The position numbers and the translations under genes are program-made. DNA of 64,000 nucleotides, taken from Octopus sinensis. Its lineage: Eukaryota. The stretch lies in assembly GCF_006345805.1 (NCBI RefSeq), contig NC_043000.1, positions 145,948,001 through 146,012,000 of the forward strand, in the 5' to 3' direction. Below the pieces are notes generated by a model that saw only the letters and a program-made list of their open reading frames with translations, had not been told where the DNA came from and did not search any database. Below, in pieces: positions 1-14,023 of the stretch. Numbering within the stretch: position 1 is the first letter of the stretch; the number at the start of each line of letters is the position of its first letter.

Positions 1-74
1 ACGCTGTTCTTCGAAAGCACATAAACAGAGACTACCAATATGAAAGCATATGAAGTTCTTTAGACAATGTTTAC

Positions 75-118
75 GTGCCCCAGCATGGCCTCAGCCGGAT
101 GGCTGAAACAAGTAAAAG
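75..118 (+). mobile_element. SINE 3' tail fragment
   Basis: gtgccccagcatggcc...gctgaaacaagtaaaaga. The same tail motif recurs inverted at 28240-28279 and about 40600-40660, and is recognisable as an octopus SINE 3' end. Confidence 0.5.
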
Positions 119-684
119 AGAGAGAGAGAGTAAAGAGAATTTGTTTAAGCACATACAAATTCAAAGACATTTCCGCCTTGAAGAATTCTCAAATTGTCAG
201 ATATATTAGTATATAAATAATCATACTATCCAACGTACAATCATACAATCATACTATTCCTTCGGTAAATTAACAGATCATGATTATAAAACTTTTTCAG
301 CCATTACAATGTGAATTTCATACGGAGAACCCGCAGGATTAATTTACGAATAACTTTGCCATAGAAGATTTTTGAGTTAATATTGTTTATTGGATCTAAC
401 AATTAAGGTTTTTACTCTAACCATCAATTTTTATTGAAAATTTTGAATTCAATAAGTTTTTTTTAAGATTGAGAATATGTAAGAACAGAAATATTTCGAC
501 CTCTATCTAAGAGGAAAACAATGTATTCTGCTAAGAGTTAAGTTGGGAAAAATATACCAAAGAAGGTGTTAGTGTTGAAACACATTAAACGATCAGCGGC
601 CATTATATTTCAAATGTATTTATGTGAAAAATATAAATCAGACACACATATATACATAAATGTTATAGTTGCTGATATATATAT

Positions 685-737
<53 letters not shown>

Positions 738-1192
738 ATATATATACATATATAAATACAATATCAGGAACTATAACATAATAACACTCTATATATCGTC
801 TATAATATGAAGACATCAGACAACATTCTTGCAAATTCTAGTGATAGTTACATTATCTCTTGAAGAACAAAGGAGTTAAAGTTTTCAAAACACAATGTAA
901 ATTCCTGAGAGACTTGCTTTATATTGCTTTACCTATTCTTCATATTGTCTAATGCATTTGAATATTGCAATTCCTCAAATAGATATTATATCTCATGGGA
1001 ATAGAGTGTTTCCGAACACTAACAGTTACAAAAGGTCATATTTTAAGCTTCAATTGGCAAGTCTTAATCATAGTTTATTATGTGAGATGAATCTGTTTCG
1101 GCAATGTAATATACATATATGAATACAGTGTTATGTGCTTACCTATGTCATATTCTATGTTTGTGTGTGTATGCAATTTCAAGGGATATATT

Positions 1193-1234
<42 letters not shown>

Positions 1235-1378
1235 TATATGTGTGTGTGTGTGTTGTTGTGTGTGTGCGTCAGTGCATGCGTTTGGGCGTGTGTGTATGTG
1301 TGTATTTATATGCATATACAAAGGTGTATGTATGAATACACACAAACTTATAAACATCTATACATGCATATATACATG

Positions 1379-1409
<31 letters not shown>

Positions 1410-1630
1410 ATACATATGTACATAGACATATATATGTATCGGAGGAATGTATCACACTGTGTTTGAATGTGCGTCTGATTTCACTTGTGCTATATTGTGA
1501 TATTGTGTGACACCCACATAGATATCATAAAATGCATACACAAGCATTGTGCACAAGAGTACCCTCACACATGTACCTATGCACATGTAAATACGTATAC
1601 ACACACACATACTTATATACACACACACAC

Positions 1631-1672
<42 letters not shown>

Positions 1673-2676
1673 CATTCATAATATGAAGATAAAGAAATAT
1701 GTATTCGTGTTATATATATTATATATATATATATATATATATTTATATTATGTGTGTATATCTGTGAATGAATGTGTATGCGTATGCCAGGATAAGTATA
1801 AATTTTAATGTGTTTGAATGTATATGTATATATGTATGTATGTATGTATATATGTATGCATGTGTGTACGTATGCATGCATACATATATATATACGCATG
1901 CATGTAAGAATCTATATGAAGATATAAATTATAGTTACGTATTTGTGTGTGTATATGTCTTGCACCAGCAAGTAGTAGAATTTATTAGTAGAACATTTAT
2001 AGTTTCTTTGAAATCGTGTATGACTAAACGACAGCAAACCTAATACATGATATATCCATATAGATATATTTAGATAAACACTTCCATATTACTCTGAAGA
2101 CATTGATTTACAGACCTATGCCCAGTGAATTAATATATGAGTTAAATGACGCAAATTATATTGATACAAATATCAATAAAGTTACTTTTCTATGTAATTC
2201 ATCGCAATCGTCTCTATGTTCAACATATTGCTACGCAGCCTACAGAATTTCGAACAGATGTTTCATACTACTAAGTAGTTTGACTAAGCTTATTTTGTGA
2301 CTCGGTGTATCGTTTTAGTTTGAGACTTTTTTGCTGTACCTATGCTATTACTACGGTTGTTTGTTTTTTTTTTTAAGTTATTATTTTTGTGGATGTCACA
2401 GTTGTTTATATTTTAGCTGCTGGACAACTGGACAAAAACTTACAGGCATAGTTGACCCGGCTCGATGCTACTATTGTCTCGCTTAGGACACTTCTGTGCA
2501 TGTACTGCACCTGTGAGCAAAGGAAAATGTTTGCAGGTGCGCTGGCGGTAAATGACATTAAAGCAGTATTTGCATAATTAATTAGATTTCGTTTTCATTA
2601 ATATTTTTTAATTCTCATTAATTTTCATTAATTTGTAGTCTAGCTGCTATTCTGCTATTGTATATTTTATTGATGT

Positions 2677-2907
2677 GGCGGCGAGCTGGCAGAAACGTTA
2701 GCGTGTCGGGCGAAATGCTTAGCGGTATTTCGTCTGTCGTTACGTTGTGAGTTCAAATTCAGCCGAGGTCGACTTTGCCTTTCATCCTTTCGGAGTCGAT
2801 AAATAAAGCACCAGTTTCGCACTGGGGTCGATGTAATCGACTTAATCCCTTTGTCTGTCCTTGTTTGTCCCCTCTATGTTTAGCCCCTTGTGGGCAGTAA
2901 AGAAATA
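2677..2907 (+). mobile_element. tRNA-derived SINE (Meta/Nin-domain type) with 16-bp TSD
   Basis: Head ggcggcgagctggcagaaacg with B-box-like gagttcaaattc, and central gcctttcatcctttcggagtcgataaa...accag domain. Exact flanking direct repeat tatattttattgatgt at 2661-2676 and 2908-2923. Confidence 0.85.
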
Positions 2908-3762
2908 TATATTTTATTGATGTAATGTGTTATGGACAAATTGTCTTGTGAGGGAGCTGAATCAGTCGGCAGTAATCTTTTGGGGCCGCAGTTAGGTTTG
3001 TTGCAAAGCGATGTTGAATGAATGTTAGCGAACAAAAAATATTATTGTTTGAAAAGCAACAACTTAACGTACCTTTCATTAATTTATACTGAATGTTATG
3101 TGTGAGAAAATTCTACTATATCTTGCAAGTATTGTGACTACAGACCGATTTCCTTACGTGAGAAATTGTGTGAAAATTATCACACTATACATATATGCCT
3201 TGTTCACTGTTTCATAAATCTGCAATATACACAATGCAGTATTATAGAAAAGTTTTATACAATCTGGGCTAACGAGGTAACCACTTCTTTGTTTCTCAAC
3301 ATTATAGATGTAGGAGTTTAATTTATTCTATACATATCATTTATATAGTACGAATACGTTATGCCTGGACCGCAAAGACGTGATAATCGCAGACAGTAAA
3401 TGTACGCCCATAGGTATACTTAAATATGGGTAGCCTCGAACTAAACAGCAACAGCTAGAACAATAATTCTTTGGTTAGGAAGTCTTGATGAGATATTGTA
3501 CTATTGTTGTTTTAGTGTTACAAGAATCCACCAAACAAACATGCAAACATTATGAAGTATTTGAGCATTTTATGACGCCGAACAAAGCTATAAGTTTTCA
3601 TAGTAATAGATTGTTTATAAATATACACACCAAATGGTTGAGGGAAAGGATGTCTTTATGATATATTTATATGAGAGTGCGGCAGTGTGATTGTGTTCGT
3701 ATTATGTATACATACCCACAAAATTTACACGCGAGTAAAATTCCTCTATGTATATATATATA

Positions 3763-3824
<62 letters not shown>

Positions 3825-5861
3825 GCGTGTACCTTTTTTATGTATGTAGACAGACAGACAGAAAGACAAACAGACAGACAGCAATAATGTGTTGGGCGGA
3901 AAGATGACGTTAATATTCGTAATCCACCAGATGCAGGGCCTCTAAAACTCCATGGTGTGACAGAAATGATTGATTTTGCTATATCAGTGTGGACTCTTTT
4001 ATCATTAATATCATCATTAGCTGTTCAAAATATTTCACAAGATACTACCTCTCCATGTAACATAACCTTATCACTTAGACAGTGAACAATATTAGAGGCA
4101 AATTAGATTGCCTTGACGACATTACCAGATCGCATCGGAAACAGAAAGAATCCACTCCAGAAAAATCTGGAAATTTTTTGTAGAGATCAGTTGACAAGCA
4201 GATGAGAATTGCTCTTCCAAGATTTTGGAAAATATCTCATCTATGGAGAACAAAATACAAACATACAAGTCTTATAAAAAGGCTAAACAATTCTATTTTT
4301 CCCATCATCACAGATGCATTAAGCGAAGTAGCAACAGCTCTTCCTAAACAGCTAAGAAATGAGTTCTCAAGAAAAGGACACAGAAGGCTGATTCGAATTT
4401 GCCAGATAAAGTCGATGTGAGGAAAATATAATGATACATAAAATATTTCAGCGCTTCTCCTTTTGCGTGTCCTCAATGAATTCATGCACACACTCACATA
4501 TACACCTGAATGCATATGAACACACACATATGCAATAATGAAACATATACTTGTGTTTTGTGGTGGAACTCACACCGAATATATCCATACGCTCACACGT
4601 ATGCAAAATGCACATTCATATGTCAACTAATTCAGTCAACCACACGCATAATAGCAGTCTTGGTTTAAACAAAACCGCTCAACCAGTGTTCTAAATAGAA
4701 AAAAAAAACTGAAAATAAATCCCTCCAAAATATCATATATTCATACAAACACACAAACATACATACATACATACATTAAAGATACATGGTGATTATCACA
4801 TCGTTGCCGAGTATGACCATAGCTAGCAAAATATTTTCCCTGGGAATTAAGGACAGTGCATTTTATTAATGACTGTGCTGAAACCGAAAGTCAATAGCAG
4901 CTTGTATAACAATGCCATGACTCTTCTAGAAAACCAAATAGTCCAGAGGCGGGTGTTATTTTGAAATTTCCTTCTCGTAGGGAGGTAGTGAGACAAACAC
5001 GAGGATCTCCCGTTCCTAATGTTCATCCGTCCATTGACAGGATTTGCTTTTCGTCCTAAGGGTGTCCGACGAAAACCACCCTTCTTACGAAGCGGGCTCG
5101 GTAAAGACTCCCATTTAGTTGCGACAGGCTGCACTGGATTACATATTACAAGTAACAGTAGAAATAGCCTCCGATAACAGAAATTTATGCATACATATGC
5201 GTTTATGTAATTGTATGCACGCAGAAAAGCCTGAATTTTAGACATAATTATGTGAGTGATGCTCCATTCCGGTTTCGTCTCGTTTTATCAATATTGTTTT
5301 CCATATGTTCCCGAATCCTGCAATCTTACATTGCCCTTTCTAGATACTCATAGCTTTACTTTCTGAATGAGGTGCTTTGGGATTGTATTAAGGATTTACA
5401 CACACACACACACACACACACATATATTTGTATGTTATGTATGTTTTTGTAAAACCAATATGGTGGACGCAATACTACAGCATCTTGAATAGACGATTGT
5501 TAACATATGACGTACTCAGGCTGTCTGGTTTTGTTTCTAAATTATGCGAGCTGTCCGGGCGTTTACTTTAACTTTGCTTATTACTATGACCGGCCCTCCA
5601 TCATCAAAAATTCTATTTTGGTGGTGAATTGGGAATATGATAGGACTGTTATTTACAAAAGTTTTCCTATCTACAAATACACTGCACTGCACGCAGACAT
5701 CCATTTATACGGATGGTTAAGCAGTGAAGTTCTAGAAATTTTCATGATGAATTTCTTTACTTTCTTGTTCCAGACGAAATGGAAAACATTTATACAGGAG
5801 TTTCAAAAATCTCCGATAACAAAACATAAAACTAAGCATAGTCATGTCTTTACTACAACAT

Positions 5862-5880
5862 AGATAGATATATATATAGG

Positions 5881-5957
<77 letters not shown>

Positions 5958-5958
5958 C
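5862..5958. repeat. (GATA)n microsatellite
   Basis: Direct reading of the sequence. Confidence 0.95.
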
Positions 5959-6157
5959 GATCCATACATACAGTTATATATTTTTCATATGATATAAGCG
6001 CGCATATATATATATATATATGTACATGAAAATATCTATTCATTTATATTGTGCATATTATATAAGCACATTCACACACATATAGAATATATACATATAT
6101 ATTTACACATACACACACAAACACGCGCGCACGCACACACACAAACACAGGTATATG

Positions 6158-6194
<37 letters not shown>

Positions 6195-6931
6195 AAAGGG
6201 AGAAGGAGAAGGAAAGAAAGAATGAAGGATATGAAATATGGGTAATATTTTTCATAGAAATATTCTTTAGGTAATTTGTATGCGGAGTAAATGGAAGGCG
6301 ATATAGAATTGAAAAATATCTATTTCCATCATTCGTTCTCACGACTATTTCACACTTAACATCCTATCCTTTTCTTTTTTTTTTCTCTTTTATAGCATTT
6401 TACGTGCTTCCTATTTTTTTAAACTTCTTTCGTTATTTCCTCCTCGTTTAGCTATCGATTTCTTTCCTACTTGTATTGTTGTTGACTTTTTTTTTTTTGA
6501 TTATTTCCTAACGTTTTGTTAAATTTCATATTTTCCGAGGTGCCAGGTTACTGGTGCCAAATGTCTGCCCAAAATCTATCTGGCAAGTCAGATGCACACA
6601 AAAATTATTTTACAGCTCCGTAGTTACTCTTTGCTAAATAATTGTTCTCGAGCCATCAATATAAAACTATTTTTCCAAAAGAGGCTAGAACTTACTTTGT
6701 TCTTTCGTGTTTAATTTATTTACAGTCAGGTCATGCTAACAACATATCTTGGCTGTCCTGAAAAGCTGTCTCACACTATACGTTTTTCTGATATTTTCTG
6801 TTCATTTTGTTTCTTATTTCTCTTATTTTTTCGCTTCTATCCTTTTATTTCACTTCTGCATTTCTTTCAGATATACTCTCTCAACAATACAGGTATTATA
6901 TACATACATACATTCATACATATATACATAC

Positions 6932-6987
<56 letters not shown>

Positions 6988-6992
6988 TATAT

Positions 6993-7041
<49 letters not shown>

Positions 7042-7157
7042 AGAGACAGAGAGAAAGCTGAAGATATATACATATATATATCTATATATACAGACATGCA
7101 TGTATTTGACTGTTTATGAGTTCATCAATCTTATGTAGTAATTATATATATATATGA

Positions 7158-7201
<44 letters not shown>

Positions 7202-7680
7202 ATTATTATTATTATTATTATCATCATCATCATCATTATTATTACAAAATTGATAGATGGATCATTGTATGGATAGGTGGAGCTTTTATTCTGTTTCTCC
7301 AGATAAGTTTCGTTTAGTTTTCCAAGCGTCTGCTATTTTCCACTACGCAGGATGTTTTTATATGAAAAATACTCCATTCTACAATAATAGAACTATAGCT
7401 TTTTTTCGTATAATTTTAAATTAGAGAACCTCCTTTGATCCTATCAATAGTTTAGTCATAGCAGGAAGAAAAGTGCCTGTTGGTAGTGTCACAGAAATTC
7501 TGTAAGGAACAGGCGAAATATTTTGAAATACTCGGTCTACAGACCTGTTCCTAATGTTTGCAGATGAAATGATTCTGCTTAAGAACGTAGGTAGGTGTAA
7601 GGTTGTACGTACTAAATCATTAGCTATTACAAGCTCATTCAGTGTCCCACATTCAATACACAAATACAATATTAAGAAAA

Positions 7681-7729
7681 ATGTGGGCGTGCTGTTTATT
7701 AATAACTTGTATTATATGGGCAAATCCTA
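7681..7729 (+). CDS. candidate first coding exon encoding a signal-peptide-like MWACCLLITCIIWANP
   Basis: aaaaATG context, 16 mostly hydrophobic codons, then a phase-1 donor A|GTGAGT at 7730. The downstream exon was not identified. Confidence 0.22.
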
Positions 7730-8934
7730 GTGAGTATGGGATTATATTTGCTTGAATAGATGTCGGACCTGATTAAATATGCGTCTCTCAAAGTAAGTTA
7801 CAAGAGAGAAGGTGCAGATAATGGTGTTGAACCCCGATATCACCAAGAATGCTTTTCTAAATTTTCTTTGTCGAGACACAATTTTAATTATTATGTTTCA
7901 ATTACGTCTCAGGATAAAATTTTTTTAAAACGGGGCTTATCTTCTAATTTCTTGCCTGAGATCTGTAGCTTTAAAATGCATCTTTTACAGAAACGACATC
8001 TTTTTATGTGCGTATGTATGAGAAGAGTGCCACTCTACGTAACAGATCTTAATCAAGGCTGGCTTTTCTTATCTGGCACCAATGAAAATATATATGTTTG
8101 GAATCATTGCAAGTAGTATTGATTGCCTTTGGAGAATCCTAGAATAAAAAGGTTTTATTTGTGTACGTGTATATTTATTTTTCATATATGATGTTCAGTT
8201 ATACCTATAGTAATTTTGAATTTCGTAGTTTATAGGTAGTATAGCTATATGCCACTTCTGAAAATTATCATATGGCCTATCAGGTTATCAGAAAACAAAT
8301 TCATTTGGTGGAAATCAGTTGAGTGCACACAGCAACCAATTTAAATCATTGTATCTCTACTAGTATAAATGGCGATAATTTTATACCTTCAATGATTATG
8401 CAATAGAAGTGTAGTTTTTCTGGAAATATAAAACACTATACCCGTTAATATAACTGCTTTATTCAGGAACTGAATCTAATGTTTGAGCTTCCTATTAAAT
8501 GGTAGCTCTTTTACGTATTGCATCTTGAACTACGGGACATATACAACTACATCAAATTTTTACTAGAACATTCACAGTCCTTTGAGCGCCCATTTCAAGA
8601 GCTGCTATGATATATCAAAACCAAGCCTAAATTCAATGCGGTGATAATGACAACCCACTTTCAAGTTTTCTAAGAGTAAAATAAGTTACGAATTATCAAA
8701 CTTTTGTCCCTCAAACCTGAAATATATTTGCAAACATCTCACTTTAGTGAGTTGCGAAGTGTATTGAGTAATGAACAATGTATTTATTTAGATATATGGC
8801 TGCTCTATTATGAAATCATTGAAAAAAAGATTAATGATGACTTCTCAAGATTTAGTGATTTGAACTTCCATAGATGTATATATATACATACATACATACA
8901 CACATACATACATATATATATACATATATATATA

Positions 8935-8974
<40 letters not shown>

Positions 8975-9288
8975 CTATTGGAAGATATCTTAGATCCTCT
9001 AGCATGAGTGTCGACGTCATGAATTGGCTAAATATAATTCAATAAGCATTGTTCTAACTCACAGTTACAGATTTGAATCGGCTCCAAATGTGATAAGGCC
9101 ACGATGTGTAATTCTTGCCAACAATGCTGTCTACGTAATATTATTAGTTAGAGCATATATCATGAAGATATTGATAACGAGGCTGCTGTGTATGGTGATG
9201 AATAAGATAATGATCATTGTTATTATATTAAAGGAATTCATCATATTATGGCTATCGGTGGAATTCGTTATTAATGATCATACAATTA

Positions 9289-9332
<44 letters not shown>

Positions 9333-10343
9333 GTTATTATTATTATTATTATTATTGTCGTTTTTATTAGAAATACAACTAGTTTATTTTCTTTCTTACC
9401 TGAAGTGAATTATATATATTTCTAAATGCGGCATAAAATGATTTAAAATGAATAAATTCCCTTTATAATCTCCCAAATAACTCTTTCAAACATTTTTACT
9501 TTCTATAATGTACCCACATCTGTCCTTACGAGCAGTGTACAAATGTATTTTGAAAAGTGTTTGCATATCATTTCATTTCCACTGATTTCATATAACAATG
9601 TATAAAACTTGTTTAATTATCATAACGTAAGCCGATTAATCCGTTGGCATTACCACTGGGACCTGAACGATATTATATTCCTTTGGTGTTGATATAGCGA
9701 ATACTGATAAACTATTATCATCGTTTTCGTGGGATATGCTTGGCTTATTACATGCTATTCGGCAGTTCTTGTATGAACTGAGATGCCATAGATTTTGTTG
9801 ATTTGCCAAAGGCCTCTTGTGATGGGTAGCATATAACAGTAGAAGATTTTTTTCTCTAGGCAAGAGTAAAGTAGCCATTTTACGTGAATGTGACTTACCC
9901 AATATCACTCAGTAACGAGTATAGAGTAAACCTGAAACATTTGCTGCATTCTAGTATGACGAATGCGGTTGCTTCTCTTTTGCCATCCAATCTAGATTTG
10001 TTTATCCAAGCAAGTTCGATATTTTATTCCTTTATATTTCGTTATATGTGGAGTTGACATTTCATGAAAATATCAACAGTGTAAATTATGCATATATATC
10101 TCCTTATCATCGTCGTCATATATATTATAACAGTTTTAGTATTTGCGGTATGTTCAGGTTTAGATATAAAAGATATTCGCAAGCCAACCTAATTTTTTGG
10201 CATTACTTTTTTATTGCCAACCCGAAGACTCATTTCGTGTATTATGGACAACGCATAAAACTGTCTTTTTATACTTGTCCCTTTTATTTTGTAAACACTA
10301 TTACATGCTGTGTCTGAGATATACAGCCGTGAGATGTTACAAC

Positions 10344-10414
<71 letters not shown>

Positions 10415-10440
10415 TATATTATTATTATTATTATTATTAT

Positions 10441-10995
10441 TGAGTGAGAGAGCAGTTCATGCCATCAAAGTGACACTGGGGTAAAATATACGAAGCCCAA
10501 TATACCCATCATGACTACCCGTCTGATAAAGGTACACCAGGCACATGCATCACAACCATATGTGCGCGAAAGGGTGATCTCATATCAAGATAAACAGCAC
10601 ATGACCTTGCAGGTGGGGCCCAGTTAGAATTTTCGTCAGGTTGAGTAGCCCATCCCGCTCAAACGGTCCCTGAATAAGGGTTGTTTAAGGATGTTGAAAG
10701 AACCACCCATGTTTCCAGAGGTGAACTATTCAAACCCCAAAGAATCCCTCTCAACACATGGCTATGATGCTCCCCCACTACTTCTGCTCGTGATCATAGA
10801 TACACATATCGTCAGCCACTAAGGGACATGCTCAACTGGTTAAGGTCAAACAACTGACAAGCAAATCTGTGGTATTGAGCAGAATATTTGCTGTAGCCCA
10901 TCTTTTATACCAAGACAAAACAATGTATATGATAACACTTCCAATCAGTTAAGATCAGAAGCCACGAGAGCCACTGCCTGGTACTGCATCAGGGC

Positions 10996-10996
<1 letters not shown>
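10441..10996 (-). mobile_element. non-autonomous ~555-bp (TAA)n-tailed retroposon, full-length copy
   Basis: Flanked by (ATT)n on both sides. Homologous copies lie at 13788-14023, 38180-38650 and 62460-62945; the truncated copies keep the end next to the (TAA)n tail. No ORF and no tRNA A/B boxes. Confidence 0.8.
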
Positions 10997-11059
<63 letters not shown>

Positions 11060-13662
11060 GCCTTTGTGCAGCTTCTAACGCTGGAGATGTACTACAGTGT
11101 CAGCTGTTCCCTACCAGTGAACTAAAGTAACGACTCTTATTTTTCGAGCACCTTCCAGAGTATTCGAGTGGTTCAAAGCAGTACTGTTTTCTGCAAGTGC
11201 TACACCCTCATGGCACCCTATTTTTTTCCACGTACTTCTCGAGATTTTTGCTCACTGTTCCCAGGGTTCGACAATTACTGGTACTACGGCTTTTTCATTG
11301 ACCACAACTGCTTAAATTCTTAAGCTAATCTGTCATATCTATCGAATGTTGTTTCTTTCTTATCGGATACCTTGTTGTCAGCTGGGCATACTATGCCTAT
11401 GATCCAGCATGGTTTGTATTCTTTCTCAATTAATACTATGTTCGGCTTCCTACTCTCAATCTCATGGTCGCACTGAATCATAAAATCCAACAGGATCTTT
11501 GCATTTCTATTTTCGACAACGCCTTCAGGTTTGTAGCCGTACCAATTTTTTGCTCTGTCATGTCCATACTTGTTGCAAAGTTTCCAATTGACAAAACCTG
11601 GCTATATTTACGTGGCGTCTCTTATATTCCTTCTGGGCTAGGGGCATGCATTCGCTGGTAATATGCCATACGTTTTCACCATTTTGTCCACAGATTCTGC
11701 ACTTTCTGATGTGCTGCCTATTCTGCATTTTATGTAGTTTGTTCTGAGTGCTTACTCATGGGTAGCACAGATTAGAGCCTCTGTTTTCGGTTTTAAATCA
11801 ATTTAAGTCATCTACAACTATCTTTTTTCTTTGTCTTATCTTCAACATCCCTATGAAATTGATCATGCATTCGTTTCTTTACCCAACTATTTTCAGTTTC
11901 ATCCTTTTCAGGTTTCTTGTGTAGTGCTTTATCTTTGCAATCTTTCATCTTACACAAGACTGACATTCTTACTTGTAATAATAGCGGTTCTGTGGCATTT
12001 TTTACATACCATGCTATGTTGTTTTCTTCTGCTACAAAGCTCTGTTCGCATCCAATAAGTCCTTTTTCCTCTCTTTTTCTTGGTACATACAGTATGTCTG
12101 TGTCACTATTTGGGCGGAGTGACCATATCCAGTTAGCAACATCCTTGCCCTTCTGTCTAAGCTGATTAGTTCGTCTACCGTCCATGCGATTACCCCTGCT
12201 CCTTATCGAAGGTGTGAAACCGCCCAGGTGTTCTTAACTTCGATCTTATTCCGTCCATTTAATTTCGACTGAAGTATCAGTCTCAGTCTGCGGAAGTACT
12301 CCATCTTACATTTTTCTATCATTTCTTTCTCCATCAATTTGTCCATTTCCAAAATCTCGTCTCTTCTATCTGCTTCATAACCTCCCCCGTGAGTAACTTT
12401 AGCCCGTCCATACATCTGATTTTGCCCCTCTTCAAGACTAACGCACCACACTTTCGCTGTCCGAACTCCTTTCTGATATCAGCACTGAAAGTATACACCG
12501 TATCAACGAGGGAACTGACTTGGACTTTTTATCGTAATGTTTGAGATCATCCATAGATATCAAATGGTTCACATTTTGTTGGCTGCTTTTGAATACATAC
12601 CCAACTCTTGCTTTATTCAGTATCAGTGTTAGTGGTATCACGCACAGCACAAAGATCAGTGTGGACAGGCAGTCCCCTTGAAAGAGGTCCCTTCTGATTT
12701 CCCCTGTCTCTAAACTTCTTCCGTATGCTGTTCGTCCGTCCTCCTATTCGCCATACTTTTTCCAAGCAATCTTTCAGCACTCGATGCAATACCAAATATG
12801 TTCATACATTACATTATCCAAGAGTGTAGGATCATATCGTATGTCTTACGATAGTCGATCCATGACATGGCTAATTTCTTTTTCTTCCTGTTGCACTCTC
12901 GAAGTACAGTTTTGTCTATCAGGAGTTGAATTTGGTACCTCTGCATTTAAGCTTGCAACCCTTCTTCTCATGTAGGATATCGGCCTGTAACTTTCTACCG
13001 TATTGCCTTTTGTGATGGTTTTCAAGCACAGCATTGCCCTACCCAGTGTCAACCACTCTGCTATTTCTTGATGGGCATTTAACAATGCGTTGAGTTGCGC
13101 AGCCATTCGTGCATAGCATACACCAAATCTTTTGATCCAGTGGCCTTGAACTCCATCTTGTCACGGGGCCTTCCAGTTGCTCATCTTTTAGCTGATTTCC
13201 TTCACTTCCCTAACTGAAATGACTAGTTCTGTCTGTTTTGGATAGACTAGTGTTTGCAACTATTCAGCATCCTGCTTGTACTCCTTGTGTTTGCTCCTGA
13301 TTTCACTCCAAAACATATGACTCCTACTGTCATCTAGTATCAACTTTTCATCTGAACACTCTCCATATATTTCTTCGTGGAATCTATTCTCATCTACTCT
13401 GAATAACCTATTCTGGTAGTAACCCTTCATTCTTTGGTCGTATCTCACCGTCTTTACTTTCTTTACAATGAGGCGCTGTTTCCGTTCCTCCATTACCAAT
13501 TTCACTACCTTTCTCTCAATATTATACTTCCGATTCAGTGTCCTGTATTTTTGTTTGCTTTTAAGCTCTCCTTTCTCTTTTCGGTCTAAGACAGAAATAT
13601 CCTTCGAGAGCATATCTAACCCTGCCTGTATTCTTCTTTTCCACCATGGGTCTTTTCTTTTG
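11060..13662 (-). mobile_element. Dong/R4-clade non-LTR retrotransposon, 5'-truncated and degenerate (RT + RLE)
   Basis: Translated fragments NWKAP..DGVQGHWIK, YRPIS, KGCK.KCRGTK..LLIDK, WIDYRKTYD, NHLISMDDLK, LRLILQSKLNGRNKI, ILYVPRKRE.KGLI, and a C-terminal RLE region. Sits in (ATT)n arrays. Confidence 0.9.
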
Positions 13663-13670
13663 TATTATTA

Positions 13671-13751
<81 letters not shown>

Positions 13752-13787
13752 TGTTGTTGTTGTTTTTGTTGTTTTTATTATTATTTT

Positions 13788-14023
13788 TGAGTGAGAGAGC
13801 AGTGCATGTCATCAAAGTGACACTGGGGTAAAATATACGAAGCCCAGTATATCCACCATGTCTACCCCTCTGATAAGGGTACACTAGGCACATGCATCAC
13901 AACCAAATCTGCGCGAAATGGTGATTTCATATCAAGATAAACAGGACATGACCTTGCAGGTGGGTCCCAGTTAGAATTCCCTTCTTGTCGAGTAACCAAT
14001 CCCACTCAAAAGGTCCCTGAATA
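13788..14023 (-). mobile_element. 5'-truncated copy of the (TAA)n-tailed retroposon
   Basis: Aligns by eye to 10441-10675 and abuts (ATT/GTT)n at 13663-13787. Confidence 0.8.

Noticed and set aside
566-1899. Many ORFs with YIYI, HTHT or CVCV runs, here and throughout the window (e.g. 28365-28841, 47257-49718)
   Set aside because: Stop-free translations of (TA)n, (CA)n and (TATG)n microsatellites; not genes.
10088-10192. Hydrophobic signal-like ORF MHIYLLIIVVIYII...
   Set aside because: Low-complexity AT-rich codons and no supporting exons; illustrates the false-positive rate for such peptides.
10978-10996. cctgatgcagtaccagg (minus strand) resembles U2 snRNA stem-loop IV
   Set aside because: Only a 9-nt exact match, and no other U2 sequence is adjacent.
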